The notes beneath the pieces were generated by a model. The model saw only the letters and a program-made list of their open reading frames with translations. It did not search any database and was not told the origin of the DNA. A program made the position numbers and the translations under genes. A DNA stretch of 59,156 bases, filler included. It is 3 parts of 3 records of this genome, joined end to end, with 100 filler letters (N's around TTAATTAATTAA, not from the genome) between each part and the next. Parts side by side here need not be neighbours in the genome. Positions count along the whole stretch, not along the records: positions 1 to 25,838 come from SRR31156797_3156; positions 25,939 to 48,986 come from SRR31156797_3168; 1 more part is not named here. The stretch is one strand, 5' to 3'. Of the stretch, positions 20,701 through 30,281 are shown in pieces (positions within the stretch are counted from its first letter, which is position 1; every line of letters starts with the position of its first letter).

Positions 20701-20718
20701 GATGAGTGGATTAGTTAA
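17701..20718 (+). CDS. putA: bifunctional proline dehydrogenase / L-glutamate-semialdehyde dehydrogenase
   Basis: DLLGE, IDME, IRLVKGAYWDYE, EFQVLYGM, YLVRRLLEN; ALDH motifs AEMGGKN, GQKCSACS, EEVFGP. Confidence 0.97.
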   Translation: MTVSISSLDPQIISRGREFFASISGESPSVFNKGWWTGKVMDWAMKNEDFKVQMFRFVDVLPYLNTSESLSRHIEEYFSGEDSNIPDVLKWGATKTKIGGGLVAKVLNKTIRSNIESMARQFIIGQVTKEAVKGIRKLRKDGFAFVLDLLGEATVSEVESDAYRDGYLEVLEAIQKELGKWKPLDGGANDLDWGHAPKVNVAVKPSAFYSQSKPVDLDGTVVGMMSRIEPIYKKTMEMGGFMCIDMESLKYKEATVELFKRLRLKYPDYPHLGIVFQAYLRSVDDDVRHLLEWARAQSLPISIRLVKGAYWDYETVIAKQNDWPVPVWTHKPESDMAFERVSKMILENSDICHFACASHNIRTISAVMETASALNVPEERYEFQVLYGMAEPVRKGLRNVAKRVRLYCPYGDLLPGMAYLVRRLLENTANESFLKQTFADEADMDHLLENPEATLKRQLDGRCAPKEEQAGLSRFINFPVVDFTIEAERHAFPDSIATVRSRMGGEVPLFINGKDVVTSDRLESYNPADPSEIIGSVCQAGVTEVDIAIEAASNAYLSWRDVTPEERAEILLKAAQYLKDTIHDLCALQVLEVGKQWDQAHADVAEAIDFLEYYAREMIRFGKPRRMGRAPGEMSQLFYQGKGVAAVIAPWNFPLAISVGMVSAAIVSGCSVIYKPAGISSCVGHNLVEMWKAAGLPDGVFNYCPGRGSVMGDHLVDHPDVSVIAFTGSMEVGLRIQERAAKVQPGQQQCKRVIAEMGGKNGTIIDDDADLDEAVLGVLYAAFGFQGQKCSACSRVIVLDSIYDRFIERLTEAAKSVKLGPSENPANYMGPVADKAAQENVLRYVRIAEEEGNVLVKREVSDDLKSTGGCYVPLTIVDGITKDHRIAQEEVFGPVLSVMRAKNMDEALDIANSTRFALTGAIYTRSPANLERASREFRVGNLYLNKPSVGALVERHAFGGFKMSGVGSKAGGPDYLLQFMDPRLVCENTMRRGFAPIEEDDEWIS

Positions 20719-20738
20719 ACAGGTATACTTTTGATGGC

Positions 20739-20775
20739 TAAAAAGCCCGGTAGATTGAATCTACCGGGCTTTTTA
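20739..20775. terminator. bidirectional intrinsic terminator
   Basis: TAAAAAGCCCGGTAGATT-G-AATCTACCGGGCTTTTTA perfect inverted repeat between convergent putA and the GNAT gene. Confidence 0.9.
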
Positions 20776-20811
20776 ATTTTATGAGTATATGTGTCGCTAT
20801 GGAAAGTCGGG

Positions 20812-21303
20812 TTAAAGAGCCAATGCCATTTCGTGCCACTCTGCGCCACCGTGATCGGATTCGGACACGCCGCTGTCCGTGAAGCCGTGACGGGAGTAAT
20901 ACGGAATGAGATCATCCTTGCACAGCAGCAGAACGCGCTTCTTGTCGAGCTTGCGGGATTGTTTGATAAATTCGACCATAAGCTGATCAGCAATACCACG
21001 ACGTTGAAAGTCGGGAAGGACGGACAGGGAAAAGATGACGATGTTTTTTCCATCCGGGTCGTGACCGATAAGCTGTTTGAATTCTTCGTCTGTAATATCT
21101 TCTTTGTCTGTGGCTCCGGAGTTGACTTGTCCTACGACTTGACCATTGAGTTCGGCTACAAGGTAACCTTCCGGATACTCGCGAATACGTTTTTCAATGG
21201 ATGAGGTCAGAGCGGCTTCAGAGGCCGGGAAACAATTGCACTCGACGGTGTGACAGGCTGTCAGGTCGTCAGGTTCGGCAAAACGGATGGTCAGATTCTT
21301 CAT
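20812..21303 (-). CDS. GNAT family N-acetyltransferase
   Basis: LSVLPDFQRRGIA acetyl-CoA motif; YYSRHGF. Confidence 0.9.
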   Translation of the reverse strand: MKNLTIRFAEPDDLTACHTVECNCFPASEAALTSSIEKRIREYPEGYLVAELNGQVVGQVNSGATDKEDITDEEFKQLIGHDPDGKNIVIFSLSVLPDFQRRGIADQLMVEFIKQSRKLDKKRVLLLCKDDLIPYYSRHGFTDSGVSESDHGGAEWHEMALAL

Positions 21304-21306
21304 AGG

Positions 21307-23238
21307 CTAATCCAGTGTAACGCCTTCAAGGGCGCCTTCGAGTTCTTCCCAGGTTTCATAGGCGACTTCAAGGTCTGCTTCGACAGTTTCAAGGCGTTTT
21401 TGGTCGTCTCCCATGGCCTGAGGGGTGTTCTTGAAATAATCAGGCTGCGACATCTTTGTTTGCAAGTTGTCGAGCTCGGTCTCCAGCTTTTCAATGAGCG
21501 CGGGCATTGTCTTGAGCTGCTCCCGCTTTTTTTCCAGTTCGAACTTTTCCTTGTAACTCAGCTTCTGCTTTGCGGGTTTGGCAGGTTTTGGTGCAGATTT
21601 AGGCTTGCAGGCCTTAGCATGAGTAACAGGAGTGTCTGGCCGTTGTCTGAGCCAGTCATCATAGCCGCCTACGTATTCGGCGACCACGCCGTTGCCTTCA
21701 AATCCTATACTTGATGTGACCACGTTATTGAGGAAGGCGCGGTCATGGCTGACCAGCAGCAGAGTGCCGGGATATTCCATGAGCAGCTCCTCAAGAAGGT
21801 CAAGTGTCTCGGCATCAAGGTCGTTGGTCGGTTCATCCATGACCAGGACGTTGGAGGGACGGGTGAAGAGTCGGGCCAGAAGAAGCCGATTGCGTTCTCC
21901 ACCAGACAGGACTGACACAGGCACTTTGGACCGATCAGGCGTGAACAGGAAATTTTTTAAATGCGACATGACATGTCGTTGATGTCCGTTGATGGTTACG
22001 AAATCATTGCCATCAGCTACATTGTAACGGGCTGAGCGGGTCTCATCGAGTTGCTCACGGAGTTGGTCGAAGTAGTTAATCTGGAGATTAACACCCCGTC
22101 TAATTGATCCACTTTGCGGCTCCAGTTCACCGAGCAGAATCTTGAGCAGGGTGGTCTTGCCCACACCATTGGGACCGATAAGGCCGACCTTGTCCCCGCG
22201 CATGATGGCGGTTGAAAAATCTGCAATAAGAGGAGTCTCGTCGAATCCGAAACACAGTGAGTTGGCCTCCACAACCAGTTTGCCTGTGCGCTCTGCTTCC
22301 TGAATAGCCATATTCACAGTGCCAATACGGTTCCGGCGGGCCTTGTGTTCTTCACGCATTTTTCGCAGGTCACGGACGCGCCCCATATTACGGGTGCGGC
22401 GGGCCTTGATGCCTTGACGAATCCATGTTTCTTCTTCAGCCAACTTCCTGTCAAAATTATGATTCTGTTTGGCTTCGGCGTCGAGGGCCGCTTCTTTGCG
22501 TTGGAGATAGGTGGCGTAATTACATTCCCAGTTATGGAGTTTGCCCCGGTCCAGTTCAACAATGCGTGTCGCAACTTTTTTGAGGAAAGTACGGTCATGG
22601 GTGACAAAGAGCAGGGCTGTGGTCTGACGCAGCAGGAAGTCTTCAAGCCAGGAAATGGAATCGATGTCCAAATGGTTGGTCGGTTCGTCAAGAATAAGCA
22701 GGTCCGGCCCGGAAACAAGTGCACGAGCAAGTAGCGTACGACGTTTCGTACCGCCGGATAGAGAAGAAAAACGTTCGTCGCCATTGAGTTTGAGATGAGA
22801 TAATACGGTTTCAATAGTCTGATGGTACGGCCATCCGCCCGCTTCTTCAAGCGCATGCTGTGCGTGTTCCAACTGAGCGACCAATTGGTCGTTGTTGGAC
22901 TCTATGGCCTCACTCAGTGCGCGGGATGCTTCGTGGTAAGCTGTCAGGTGTTCACCTACCTTGCCTAATCCCTGCGCCGTGATATCGTAGACCGTACCTT
23001 TCAAGTCTTGTGGGACTTCCTGTGGCAGCATTGCCACGCGGGAGCCACGGGCATAGTCGACGCTGCCGGAATCAGGAACGGTTACGCCTTCGATTATGGA
23101 GAGCAGGGTGGACTTCCCTTCCCCGTTTCTGCCGAGCAGGCAGACGCGCTCGTTCGGTTCGATCTGCATGGATACTTTGTCCAACAGCACCGTTCCAGTG
23201 AAATTGATTGATATGTCGCGCAGGGAAACAAGGGCCAT
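21307..23238 (-). CDS. uup: ABC-F ATPase Uup
   Basis: Two ABC domains (GRNGEGKS, GPNGVGKT), linker WIRQGIKARRTRNMGR, C-terminal KLSYKE coiled coil. Confidence 0.93.
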   Translation of the reverse strand: MALVSLRDISINFTGTVLLDKVSMQIEPNERVCLLGRNGEGKSTLLSIIEGVTVPDSGSVDYARGSRVAMLPQEVPQDLKGTVYDITAQGLGKVGEHLTAYHEASRALSEAIESNNDQLVAQLEHAQHALEEAGGWPYHQTIETVLSHLKLNGDERFSSLSGGTKRRTLLARALVSGPDLLILDEPTNHLDIDSISWLEDFLLRQTTALLFVTHDRTFLKKVATRIVELDRGKLHNWECNYATYLQRKEAALDAEAKQNHNFDRKLAEEETWIRQGIKARRTRNMGRVRDLRKMREEHKARRNRIGTVNMAIQEAERTGKLVVEANSLCFGFDETPLIADFSTAIMRGDKVGLIGPNGVGKTTLLKILLGELEPQSGSIRRGVNLQINYFDQLREQLDETRSARYNVADGNDFVTINGHQRHVMSHLKNFLFTPDRSKVPVSVLSGGERNRLLLARLFTRPSNVLVMDEPTNDLDAETLDLLEELLMEYPGTLLLVSHDRAFLNNVVTSSIGFEGNGVVAEYVGGYDDWLRQRPDTPVTHAKACKPKSAPKPAKPAKQKLSYKEKFELEKKREQLKTMPALIEKLETELDNLQTKMSQPDYFKNTPQAMGDDQKRLETVEADLEVAYETWEELEGALEGVTLD

Positions 23239-23304
23239 AATACCTGTCCATTGAAAAGGGGGCTGATGGATCAGCCCCCGGAATTGTTACCATCAGATGC
23301 TGTT

Positions 23305-23955
23305 TTACTTGCAGATGTCCTGAAATGCCTGATGCCGTTCGCCATAAGGTGGGTAGCCGAAGAATGCGGAACCGGAAACCAGAACGTCTACACCGGCTTC
23401 AGTCAATTCTCGAGCATTTTCCAGAGTCACGCCGCCGTCGATCTGGATGAGTGTTTCAGCACCGGCTTCGTCGATCATGCCACGGAGTTCGCGGACTTTG
23501 TCTTTGCAGAAGGGGATGAACTTTTGACCACCAAATCCCGGATTCACAGACATGATCAATACCATGTACAATTGTGGGATAAGGTATTTGATTGTTTCAA
23601 GCGGTGTGTGCGGATTGAGTGCCACTGCCGGTTTGGCACCGGTTTCAGCAATCTGTGCACAGACGCGTTCTAGATGGTCGCATGTCTCGGCATGGACACA
23701 GATGAGGTCAGCACCCGCATCGGCAAAATTTTGAATGTATCGCCCTGGATCTTCAATCATCAGATGGCAGTCGAAAAAAAGGTCGGATTTTTTGCGCATG
23801 GCCTTGATGATAGGAGGGCCAAAGGTGATATTGGGGACAAAGCAACCGTCCATGATATCAAGGTGGACCCACTTGAGGCCAGCATCTTTCAGGGCTTTTA
23901 GTTCAGATTCCATGTTTGCGAAATCCGAGGAAAGCATCGAGGGGGATAAAATCAT
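23305..23955 (-). CDS. rpe: ribulose-phosphate 3-epimerase
   Basis: HLDIMDGCFVPNITFG, DCHLM, MSVNPGFGGQKF, IDGGV. Confidence 0.97.
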   Translation of the reverse strand: MILSPSMLSSDFANMESELKALKDAGLKWVHLDIMDGCFVPNITFGPPIIKAMRKKSDLFFDCHLMIEDPGRYIQNFADAGADLICVHAETCDHLERVCAQIAETGAKPAVALNPHTPLETIKYLIPQLYMVLIMSVNPGFGGQKFIPFCKDKVRELRGMIDEAGAETLIQIDGGVTLENARELTEAGVDVLVSGSAFFGYPPYGERHQAFQDICK

Positions 23956-24133
23956 CTGTTCAACTCCACTTGATCGATTTTGATAGGGAGATGTGTACCC
24001 GCTCCCGTGTCGGACTGCAAGTTTTTCAACGAGGAGGAAGTTGCTGCTTTTGTGAAATAAACTATAACATGCTGGTGAGGTCGGAATAAACCATGTATGT
24101 TTAATGAAATTTTAAACTGTTGCCTGGGTAATT

Positions 24134-24928
24134 ATGCGATTTTTCATCTTTTGTTTTTTTATTTTGTGTATTTGTGTTGGCGTGCCATCTGTTTGTCATG
24201 CTGATGACATTTCTTTTTATATGGGGGAAGTTTATCCTCTGAATTATGTGGCGGAAGATGAACTTCGTACCGGGGCGGTGGTGGAGATTGTTTCTATAAT
24301 TATGCGTGAGGCGAGACAGGCTTTTGATCCTCGTGATATCAAGGTTATCAACTGGGCGCGTTCTTTGTTTGATGTAGCGACATATCCGAACACTGGTGTC
24401 TTTTCAGTTGCACGAACTCCAGAACGGGACAAAAAATACAAATGGGTAGGACCTGTTGCCGAGTTGAACATTGGATTGATTGCTAAAAAAGCAGACAATA
24501 TCATTATCGAAAATGAACAGGATGTCGGTAAATACAGGATAGGTATTGTTCGGGGGAGTGCACCGGAACATATTTTGATCAGTAAATATGGCATGAAAGC
24601 TTCACAATTAAACCAGCTGAAAGATGATCTAACACAGTTCAAGATGTTGGATGCAGACAGAGTCGATTTGATTACTCAGGCCGACACCTCTGCCTCTAGC
24701 GGTCTTCAGCAGGCGGGGTTGAATCCGAGCCATTTTGAAATGGTTTATATTTTACAACATGTCGATTTATATATTGCTTTTAATCCAAAGACTGACCAAT
24801 TGTTGATTGATAAAATTCAGAGTTCACTTTTATCTTTGAAAGAAAAATCGGCGAAGGGCGTGAGTCGGTATGATGAAATCATGGATTTTTATTATGGCGA
24901 GAACCGAATCTCCATACGCAATTATTGA
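24134..24928 (+). CDS. extracellular solute-binding protein (family 3-like)
   Basis: Signal peptide; WARS, FSVARTPER..YKWVGP, RVDLI, LYIAFN; more AT-rich than its neighbours. Confidence 0.8.
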   Translation: MRFFIFCFFILCICVGVPSVCHADDISFYMGEVYPLNYVAEDELRTGAVVEIVSIIMREARQAFDPRDIKVINWARSLFDVATYPNTGVFSVARTPERDKKYKWVGPVAELNIGLIAKKADNIIIENEQDVGKYRIGIVRGSAPEHILISKYGMKASQLNQLKDDLTQFKMLDADRVDLITQADTSASSGLQQAGLNPSHFEMVYILQHVDLYIAFNPKTDQLLIDKIQSSLLSLKEKSAKGVSRYDEIMDFYYGENRISIRNY

Positions 24929-24946
24929 GAGTCTCATATAAAAGGA

Positions 24947-24978
24947 AAACTCCCGCAATCATATGATCGCGGGAGTTT
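24947..24978. terminator. bidirectional terminator
   Basis: AAACTCCCGC..GCGGGAGTTT stem between convergent genes. Confidence 0.8.
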
Positions 24979-24979
24979 C

Positions 24980-25306
24980 TTATGGCTGGTTGTTAATAAG
25001 ACGGTCCGATGTGTATCCGAGGAGTCCGCCGAGAATCGTGGAAAAAATGATGATCGGGAAAACGGACATGGGTTCCTTTGGATAAGCGAGAACCGCTATG
25101 GGGATACCGGTGAGCAGGGCGATGAGCATTCCTGACGCCCAGCTTGTCAGAGGCAGGCGAGCATATGTGATAATGATGCCGAGGCCCAGCCAGTGAAGCA
25201 GTGCCGAGATATTCGCTTCCCAACTCAGTCCTTGAAAGACCATGGGGATGACATCGATGATGCCGGCAGCCAGCCCAAGCAGTAACGCCTTGAATATTTT
25301 ATGCAT
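24980..25306 (-). CDS. small hypothetical membrane protein (~4 TM)
   Basis: 108-aa hydrophobic ORF 23 bp downstream of ahbA on the same strand. Confidence 0.75.
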   Translation of the reverse strand: MHKIFKALLLGLAAGIIDVIPMVFQGLSWEANISALLHWLGLGIIITYARLPLTSWASGMLIALLTGIPIAVLAYPKEPMSVFPIIIFSTILGGLLGYTSDRLINNQP

Positions 25307-25329
25307 GCACCCTTTTGCCAGTCTGAAGG

Positions 25330-25779
25330 CTATTTGTCCATTTTGAAGTCGACTTTGATCTTGAACAGTTTGTCAGCAGGCAGGTTGAGCACCTTGATAC
25401 CCGTGGCTTCTGTGATGGATGCAAGGATGGATTCAACTGCATCCATGTCCGGTGCGATTAGTGCGAACCAGATGTTGAATTCGTTTTCGCGCAGGTAGTT
25501 ATGCGTGACGCCATCATGCTTATTTACTTCGGCAACAAACTCGTCAATTTTGTCTTCCGGGCATGACGCGGCGCACAGTGTAGACTGCCATCCCAGTGTG
25601 TTGGAATTGAAGTTGGCACCCATGCGGCGGATAACACCCGCTTTTTTCAAGTCGCGAACACGTTCCAGTACATCAGATTCCGGCAGACCTATTTGTTTGC
25701 CGACCTCTTCATACGGACGCGAGGTCAATGGGAAGTGAGACTGGATGATGTCGAGTATCTTTTTGTCGTAATTGTCCAT
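25330..25779 (-). CDS. ahbA: siroheme decarboxylase alpha subunit (AhbA/NirDL-like)
   Basis: IQSHFPLTSRPY..IRRMGANF..LGWQSTLCAA..VTHNYLRE..NIWF..LPADKLFKI; ATG at 25779 with GGAGG RBS. Confidence 0.85.
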   Translation of the reverse strand: MDNYDKKILDIIQSHFPLTSRPYEEVGKQIGLPESDVLERVRDLKKAGVIRRMGANFNSNTLGWQSTLCAASCPEDKIDEFVAEVNKHDGVTHNYLRENEFNIWFALIAPDMDAVESILASITEATGIKVLNLPADKLFKIKVDFKMDK

Positions 25780-25783
25780 GTGA

Positions 25784-25838
25784 TGCCTCCGGCGGCTCAA
25801 GAACCTTTTGAAAAAGGTTCTTGAGAATCTCCAAAACT
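25784..25838. repeat. REP-like palindromic element, cut by the contig end
   Basis: TGCCTCCGGCGG followed by a perfect 14-bp stem CTCAAGAACCTTTT/AAAAGGTTCTTGAG; resembles dispersed repeats I recall from Desulfovibrionaceae (not verified). Confidence 0.6.
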
Positions 25839-25938
25839 NNNNNNNNNNNNNNNNNNNNNNNNNNNNNNNNNNNNNNNNNNNNTTAATTAATTAANNNNNN
25901 NNNNNNNNNNNNNNNNNNNNNNNNNNNNNNNNNNNNNN
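25839..25938. other. artificial contig linker
   Basis: Exactly N44-TTAATTAATTAA-N44 (100 bp; stops in all six frames). Confidence 0.98.
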
Positions 25939-25979
25939 CAGGCTGGATAACTATAGTAATGCTATGTTGTTATGAGTGC

Positions 25980-26405
25980 TCATTCGCAGGTTGTGTGCTG
26001 GTGAACACTTATCTTTTTTTTAATGTCAATAATGGGTGTGCCGTCAAGGATATCAAGCCCTGCAACATCTATATTAGTTCCACGGACAGCCAACACCTTC
26101 AATTCTGATATGGCGATGGGGTTGGGGCGTACTGGGCTGCGGGTGGCGAAAACCCCACGCAGTCCCCGCGATTTGTCTCCACGTGGGTAAACCTGCAATG
26201 TGTCCCGGTTGGACAAGTGGAGCCAGAAAAGGACGACGATGGTCTGTCCTGGGGTGATCCCTTCCAAGCCTGCTTTATACTGGGGGGAAATCTCTAAGGT
26301 GCCGACGCGGTCCGATTCGTCAAAGTTTTTCGGCGCCTCCTTGCGGTCTTGGATGTCACCGTGTAATACACCGATAAAGTTTAGTTGGGCCTGTGATGTC
26401 TTCAT
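25980..26405 (-). CDS. trmO: tRNA m6t6A37 methyltransferase TrmO/TsaA-like SAM-binding protein
   Basis: FWLH, GVFATRSPVRPNPIAIS, LDILDGTPIIDIK motifs. Confidence 0.85.
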   Translation of the reverse strand: MKTSQAQLNFIGVLHGDIQDRKEAPKNFDESDRVGTLEISPQYKAGLEGITPGQTIVVLFWLHLSNRDTLQVYPRGDKSRGLRGVFATRSPVRPNPIAISELKVLAVRGTNIDVAGLDILDGTPIIDIKKKISVHQHTTCE

Positions 26406-26422
26406 CTGGCTTTCCCTAGCTG

Positions 26423-27439
26423 TTAGCGCTGCTTGCGATCTTTTGAAATCACCAGCAGGTAGTCTCCTTGCTCAATGACATACTCTGCATCTGGGTTGGA
26501 GATAAAAGCGCCTCCTCGCCCCTTTTGAATGCCGAATACAGTGGTGTCTTGTTCTTTTTTCATTTTGACAAAAGCGTCAATGAATAATTCCCCAGTCATC
26601 TCTTCCGGAGCAGGCATGGAATAGAGCTCATTGCCGTATCTGCTGCTGAGCAGTTCAGAGATGATGCGGCTGATGCCGTGGTCACTGGCCGCACTTGCTA
26701 TTAAATGGCTGTTTAATTCGCTGCTGACGATTATCTCGTCTGCGTTGGCCCGCTGGCAATGCTGCTTGTTGGCCTTGTCCACCAACTCGACCACACTGTA
26801 CACATTGGGGTTCATGCTTTCAACCGTCAGGGCGGTAAGCACCACCTTGGCATCCCTTGCTGTGGCCTCTACCGTATCATCACCCAGGATGACCACCGTG
26901 GTAGCAGTTTCCAGGTTGGCCTTTTCTAAGGTGTCCTCGTTGACAACCCCTCGGGCAAAAAGCAAATCAGGATCGCGAACCGGCTTTTCTTCAATGTCGG
27001 CAATCAGAACGATTGGTTTGGAGGCTGTTTGCGGATCTGAGCGCAATTCATTGATAATGGATTTAGCCCGGTGGTTCCATTCGCAGATAATAATATGATC
27101 GCTGACGCTGTAGTCGCCCATTCCTTTATGCTCCCTAAGCCGTATACTTATTAACATGGTTGCCAGGCTTGCACTGAGGATGCCCAGCAGCCCGATACCA
27201 AAAAACATTATAATAATCGCCAGAACCCTGCCTTCAAGGGTGGATGGCGAGATGTCTCCATAACCAACTGTCGTCAAGGTGACAACGCTCCACCAAAGGC
27301 CGCTGGCAAAGGATACGCCGGGCTCGAAAGAGGCGATTAAGTAACCGCTGCACAAAATGATGATCAGGATGACGGCCAGCAGTTTAAGCAGGTTCTCTCT
27401 GAGGAGAAATTTGTAAAACCTGTACAACTTTTTGCCCAT
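26423..27439 (-). CDS. two-TM potassium channel with RCK/TrkA domains
   Basis: WWSVVTLTTVGYGD selectivity filter; DHIIICEW..LEKANLETA RCK domain. Confidence 0.93.
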   Translation of the reverse strand: MGKKLYRFYKFLLRENLLKLLAVILIIILCSGYLIASFEPGVSFASGLWWSVVTLTTVGYGDISPSTLEGRVLAIIIMFFGIGLLGILSASLATMLISIRLREHKGMGDYSVSDHIIICEWNHRAKSIINELRSDPQTASKPIVLIADIEEKPVRDPDLLFARGVVNEDTLEKANLETATTVVILGDDTVEATARDAKVVLTALTVESMNPNVYSVVELVDKANKQHCQRANADEIIVSSELNSHLIASAASDHGISRIISELLSSRYGNELYSMPAPEEMTGELFIDAFVKMKKEQDTTVFGIQKGRGGAFISNPDAEYVIEQGDYLLVISKDRKQR

Positions 27440-28067
27440 TGTTAACGTCCTTTACTTGCTGGTGTGGGGTGGTTGCTTTGCGTGTATTTGTAAGAGGGGG
27501 TGCCGTCTTCCGGTTGCTGTAGTTCCTTGTGCAGCCGAAACTCATTTGTATAAAAGTCAATTGTAAACATGCATGTTAACCGTTTTCGTAGCTTTTATGA
27601 TCCATTGCCATGCTTGTTGTGATGTTTTTGGTCGCAGTTCTTTGAAAATTGCTCTCCTTCTTGAGCGTGGCGATTTCGTACAAGAAATATTCTGGCGAGA
27701 GGATAGTGGGGCACATGAATCATACAGTGAAAAAATGTATCTACCAATAAAAAAGGTGGGTAAGTGCCGGGCTGTGATCATGGTCGTAGGTCTTTTTGTC
27801 AAATGTTTATCTGTATAGGTTGGTTCGCCGCTATATCTAGGTAAAATAACAAGCCCAGCGGCATGGTTTTAGGAAATTGGAGCGAAATTAGGGGGCAATT
27901 TGTACTTGATGAAAAAGATAATTTTATTTGCAACAAGTAGGATCTTTTAGTTCTGTGATGACTGAGGTGTACCTTTACTTATGGGGTGTTGAGTCATTTT
28001 TTAATAAATGAACGTTTGATGTGGCAATATTGCCATCCTGAACTGTCGAACTATCAAGTGGATGGTA

Positions 28068-29226
28068 TTATTGAGGGAAAATAATTTTTTTTGCACGTTC
28101 AAAAATGGCTTGAGCAAGATTGTCTTTTGTTTGGTAGTAACAGTTGGAGTATATAACAAAATATACGTTTTTGTATCTAAACATCCATGTCTGATAGCCT
28201 AGGACTGTACCATTGTGTCCAAGTGCATGATTCATGGCCGCAACTCCCAGGCCGTAGCCGTTGCCGTTACTGTCGAGTGGGAAGTCGAACTGCTCGTTTT
28301 TAACTTCTTTTTGCAGTAATCCTCCTTCCGTGAGTGATTCCAACCATATTAGCAAGTCAGGAACAGTTGATATGATATTTCCTGCTGCCCATACTGCAGT
28401 AGGGCTCTGGGTGGAATAGTCATGTAGTACGCCATCTTTATCTTTTTCAAAATATCCGTGAGCGTACTCGCCTGGGAAGCTGTTGTTTGTTGGGGATGAA
28501 GTGTGTTGGAGGTTTAGCGGGGCGAGCAACCGGTCTGCAATAAAATTTTCATAACCCATGTTGCTTACTTTTTCGATAATCAATCCAAGAAGAATATAGT
28601 TGGTGTTGGAATAATAAAATGTGTCCCTAGGGACGGATATCAAGCCATGAGTTACTGCTATTGCAACTATTTCTTCAGGGCTCCAATTCTTTTCTGGAGC
28701 AGCGATGGTGGCGTAGAAAAAAGGATTCTGTTCTGGAAGTTCAACATAGTCTCCCAGCCCGCTTGTATGATTCAAGAGCATCCGAACCGTGATTCCTTTG
28801 CCATGCATGGGAGTAAACTCGGTTAAGTCAGGTAAAATAGTTTCTACTGTGTCGTCTAGGTGCAGTAAATCATCCTGATAGAGCAGTAATGTGGCAATTG
28901 CTGTGAATGTCTTGCTCGCGCTCCCTATTCGGAAATACTTTTGTATTGTTAATGGTTCACCATTTGTTGTGTTTGCGATCCCGGTAGCATGTTGAAAGAC
29001 CGAGCCATCATGAAACTTTATCGCCATTGAAGCACCTGGGGCCTCAAATTCTGCTATTATTTCGGAAAGCATTTTTTTAAGTACACTTGCGCGAGATGTC
29101 GATGAGTTTGAATGAAGCAAAAAAAATGTTGGAGAGATGTTTTTTTCTTGTCCTGCGCTGGAGGTGGATATTATGGCGTAGATGGGGATGAAAAACAGAA
29201 AGGTGTATAGTATGATTTTTTTTCAT
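28068..29226 (-). CDS. serine hydrolase (beta-lactamase/DD-peptidase family), frameshifted at an A8 tract after the start codon
   Basis: FRIGSASK (SxxK), LLNHTSG, YSN and GHNG motifs. The frame stays open to 29222 and encodes KKIILYTFLFFIPIYAIISTSSAG, but the ATG at 29226 is one base out of frame. Confidence 0.8.
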
Positions 29227-29927
29227 ATTGTTGTTGATCCTCTTGCATGTGCCGCCTCTGTTGGACGAGATACCTTCACTCTTTGAAATTTTGTCTTCTT
29301 AGTTTCGGGCAACTTCCTTGTAAGAGATAGAACGTGATAACTAGCCATGTGCCTCCAGTTAATGCTCCACACATCTAGCATAAATGAAATAGTTTTACAG
29401 AAATATTAGGGTAAGGGTGCTGAGAAGTCAGGTGGGAAGAGTGGCGTAGTATAGGTTTAATAGCGTTCCCGAGTTTGAGTGGGATATTGTGGTGATTGGT
29501 GCATTGTCTCTCTTTTGAAAACAGTAATATACTGATAGGTATTGGGGCGGCGGAGTTGACCTGGGCGACTTAATATCTGTCAAGTGTCTCGACTGGGCAA
29601 AGTGGTGGTTTTGTTCCCGCTGGTATGAATCATTAAAACGCGCGGGTAGAGGCATGGGGGAAAAGTGCCGGAACCGACGAGCTTTGGTAGTTCTGCTGGC
29701 GAAAAAGTTTATTTGTAATTTTTTTGTGAGCTCATCACTGACTGTTAGCTCAGCAAGTGCATTGATCAATGCAGGAGTTCAGCACGGACTTCTCAGGTAA
29801 GGTCTCAACGTTGCCTGGCTAATTAAAAAGGGCCTTAAAAGTTGAGCTGCTACTATGTCTCTTTGTTTTGTAAGAGGCTTCTCCGTTTGATTATTATTTC
29901 GAACATGACATCAATTACGTGTAACAT

Positions 29928-30281
29928 ATGCTCTACAGTGACAAGTTGGTTGAAATAGATGATGGTTCAATTCTCTTTCGTTATTACTACTTCCTGTTTG
30001 GTTCGAAACGGATCAGCCTTGACACCGTTAAACATATTGAAATCTTAAAGCCGGCCTTGAACAACGGTAAGTACCGAATCCACGGAACTGGCGACTTCCG
30101 TACCTGGTACCCCTGTGATGTCAAGCGCCCATCCAGGGATCAGATATTTCTCATAACGTTCAAGAAAGGGTGGTGGCGGATCGGATTCACTGTTGAGCGG
30201 TCTGGTTTGGTGCAGCTCATGTTTGAAAAGAATGGCTTGGTGAAAGGTGTTGATACCGCTTTAGAGAAATTAAAAGAGTAG
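29928..30281 (+). CDS. hypothetical protein
   Basis: 117-aa ATG ORF with protein-like, aromatic/beta-rich composition; no competing gene. Confidence 0.6.
   Translation: MLYSDKLVEIDDGSILFRYYYFLFGSKRISLDTVKHIEILKPALNNGKYRIHGTGDFRTWYPCDVKRPSRDQIFLITFKKGWWRIGFTVERSGLVQLMFEKNGLVKGVDTALEKLKE

Noticed and set aside
25883-25894. TTAATTAATTAA palindrome present twice
   Set aside because: Centred in exactly 44 Ns on each side; an artificial six-frame-stop linker
27440-28067. Overlapping 81-aa ORFs on both strands
   Set aside because: No convincing RBS or motif; treated as intergenic
29246-29927. ~680-bp gap with a 113-aa ORF; possible riboswitch
   Set aside because: The ORF looks non-protein-like and I could not identify cobalamin, TPP or SAM riboswitch cores
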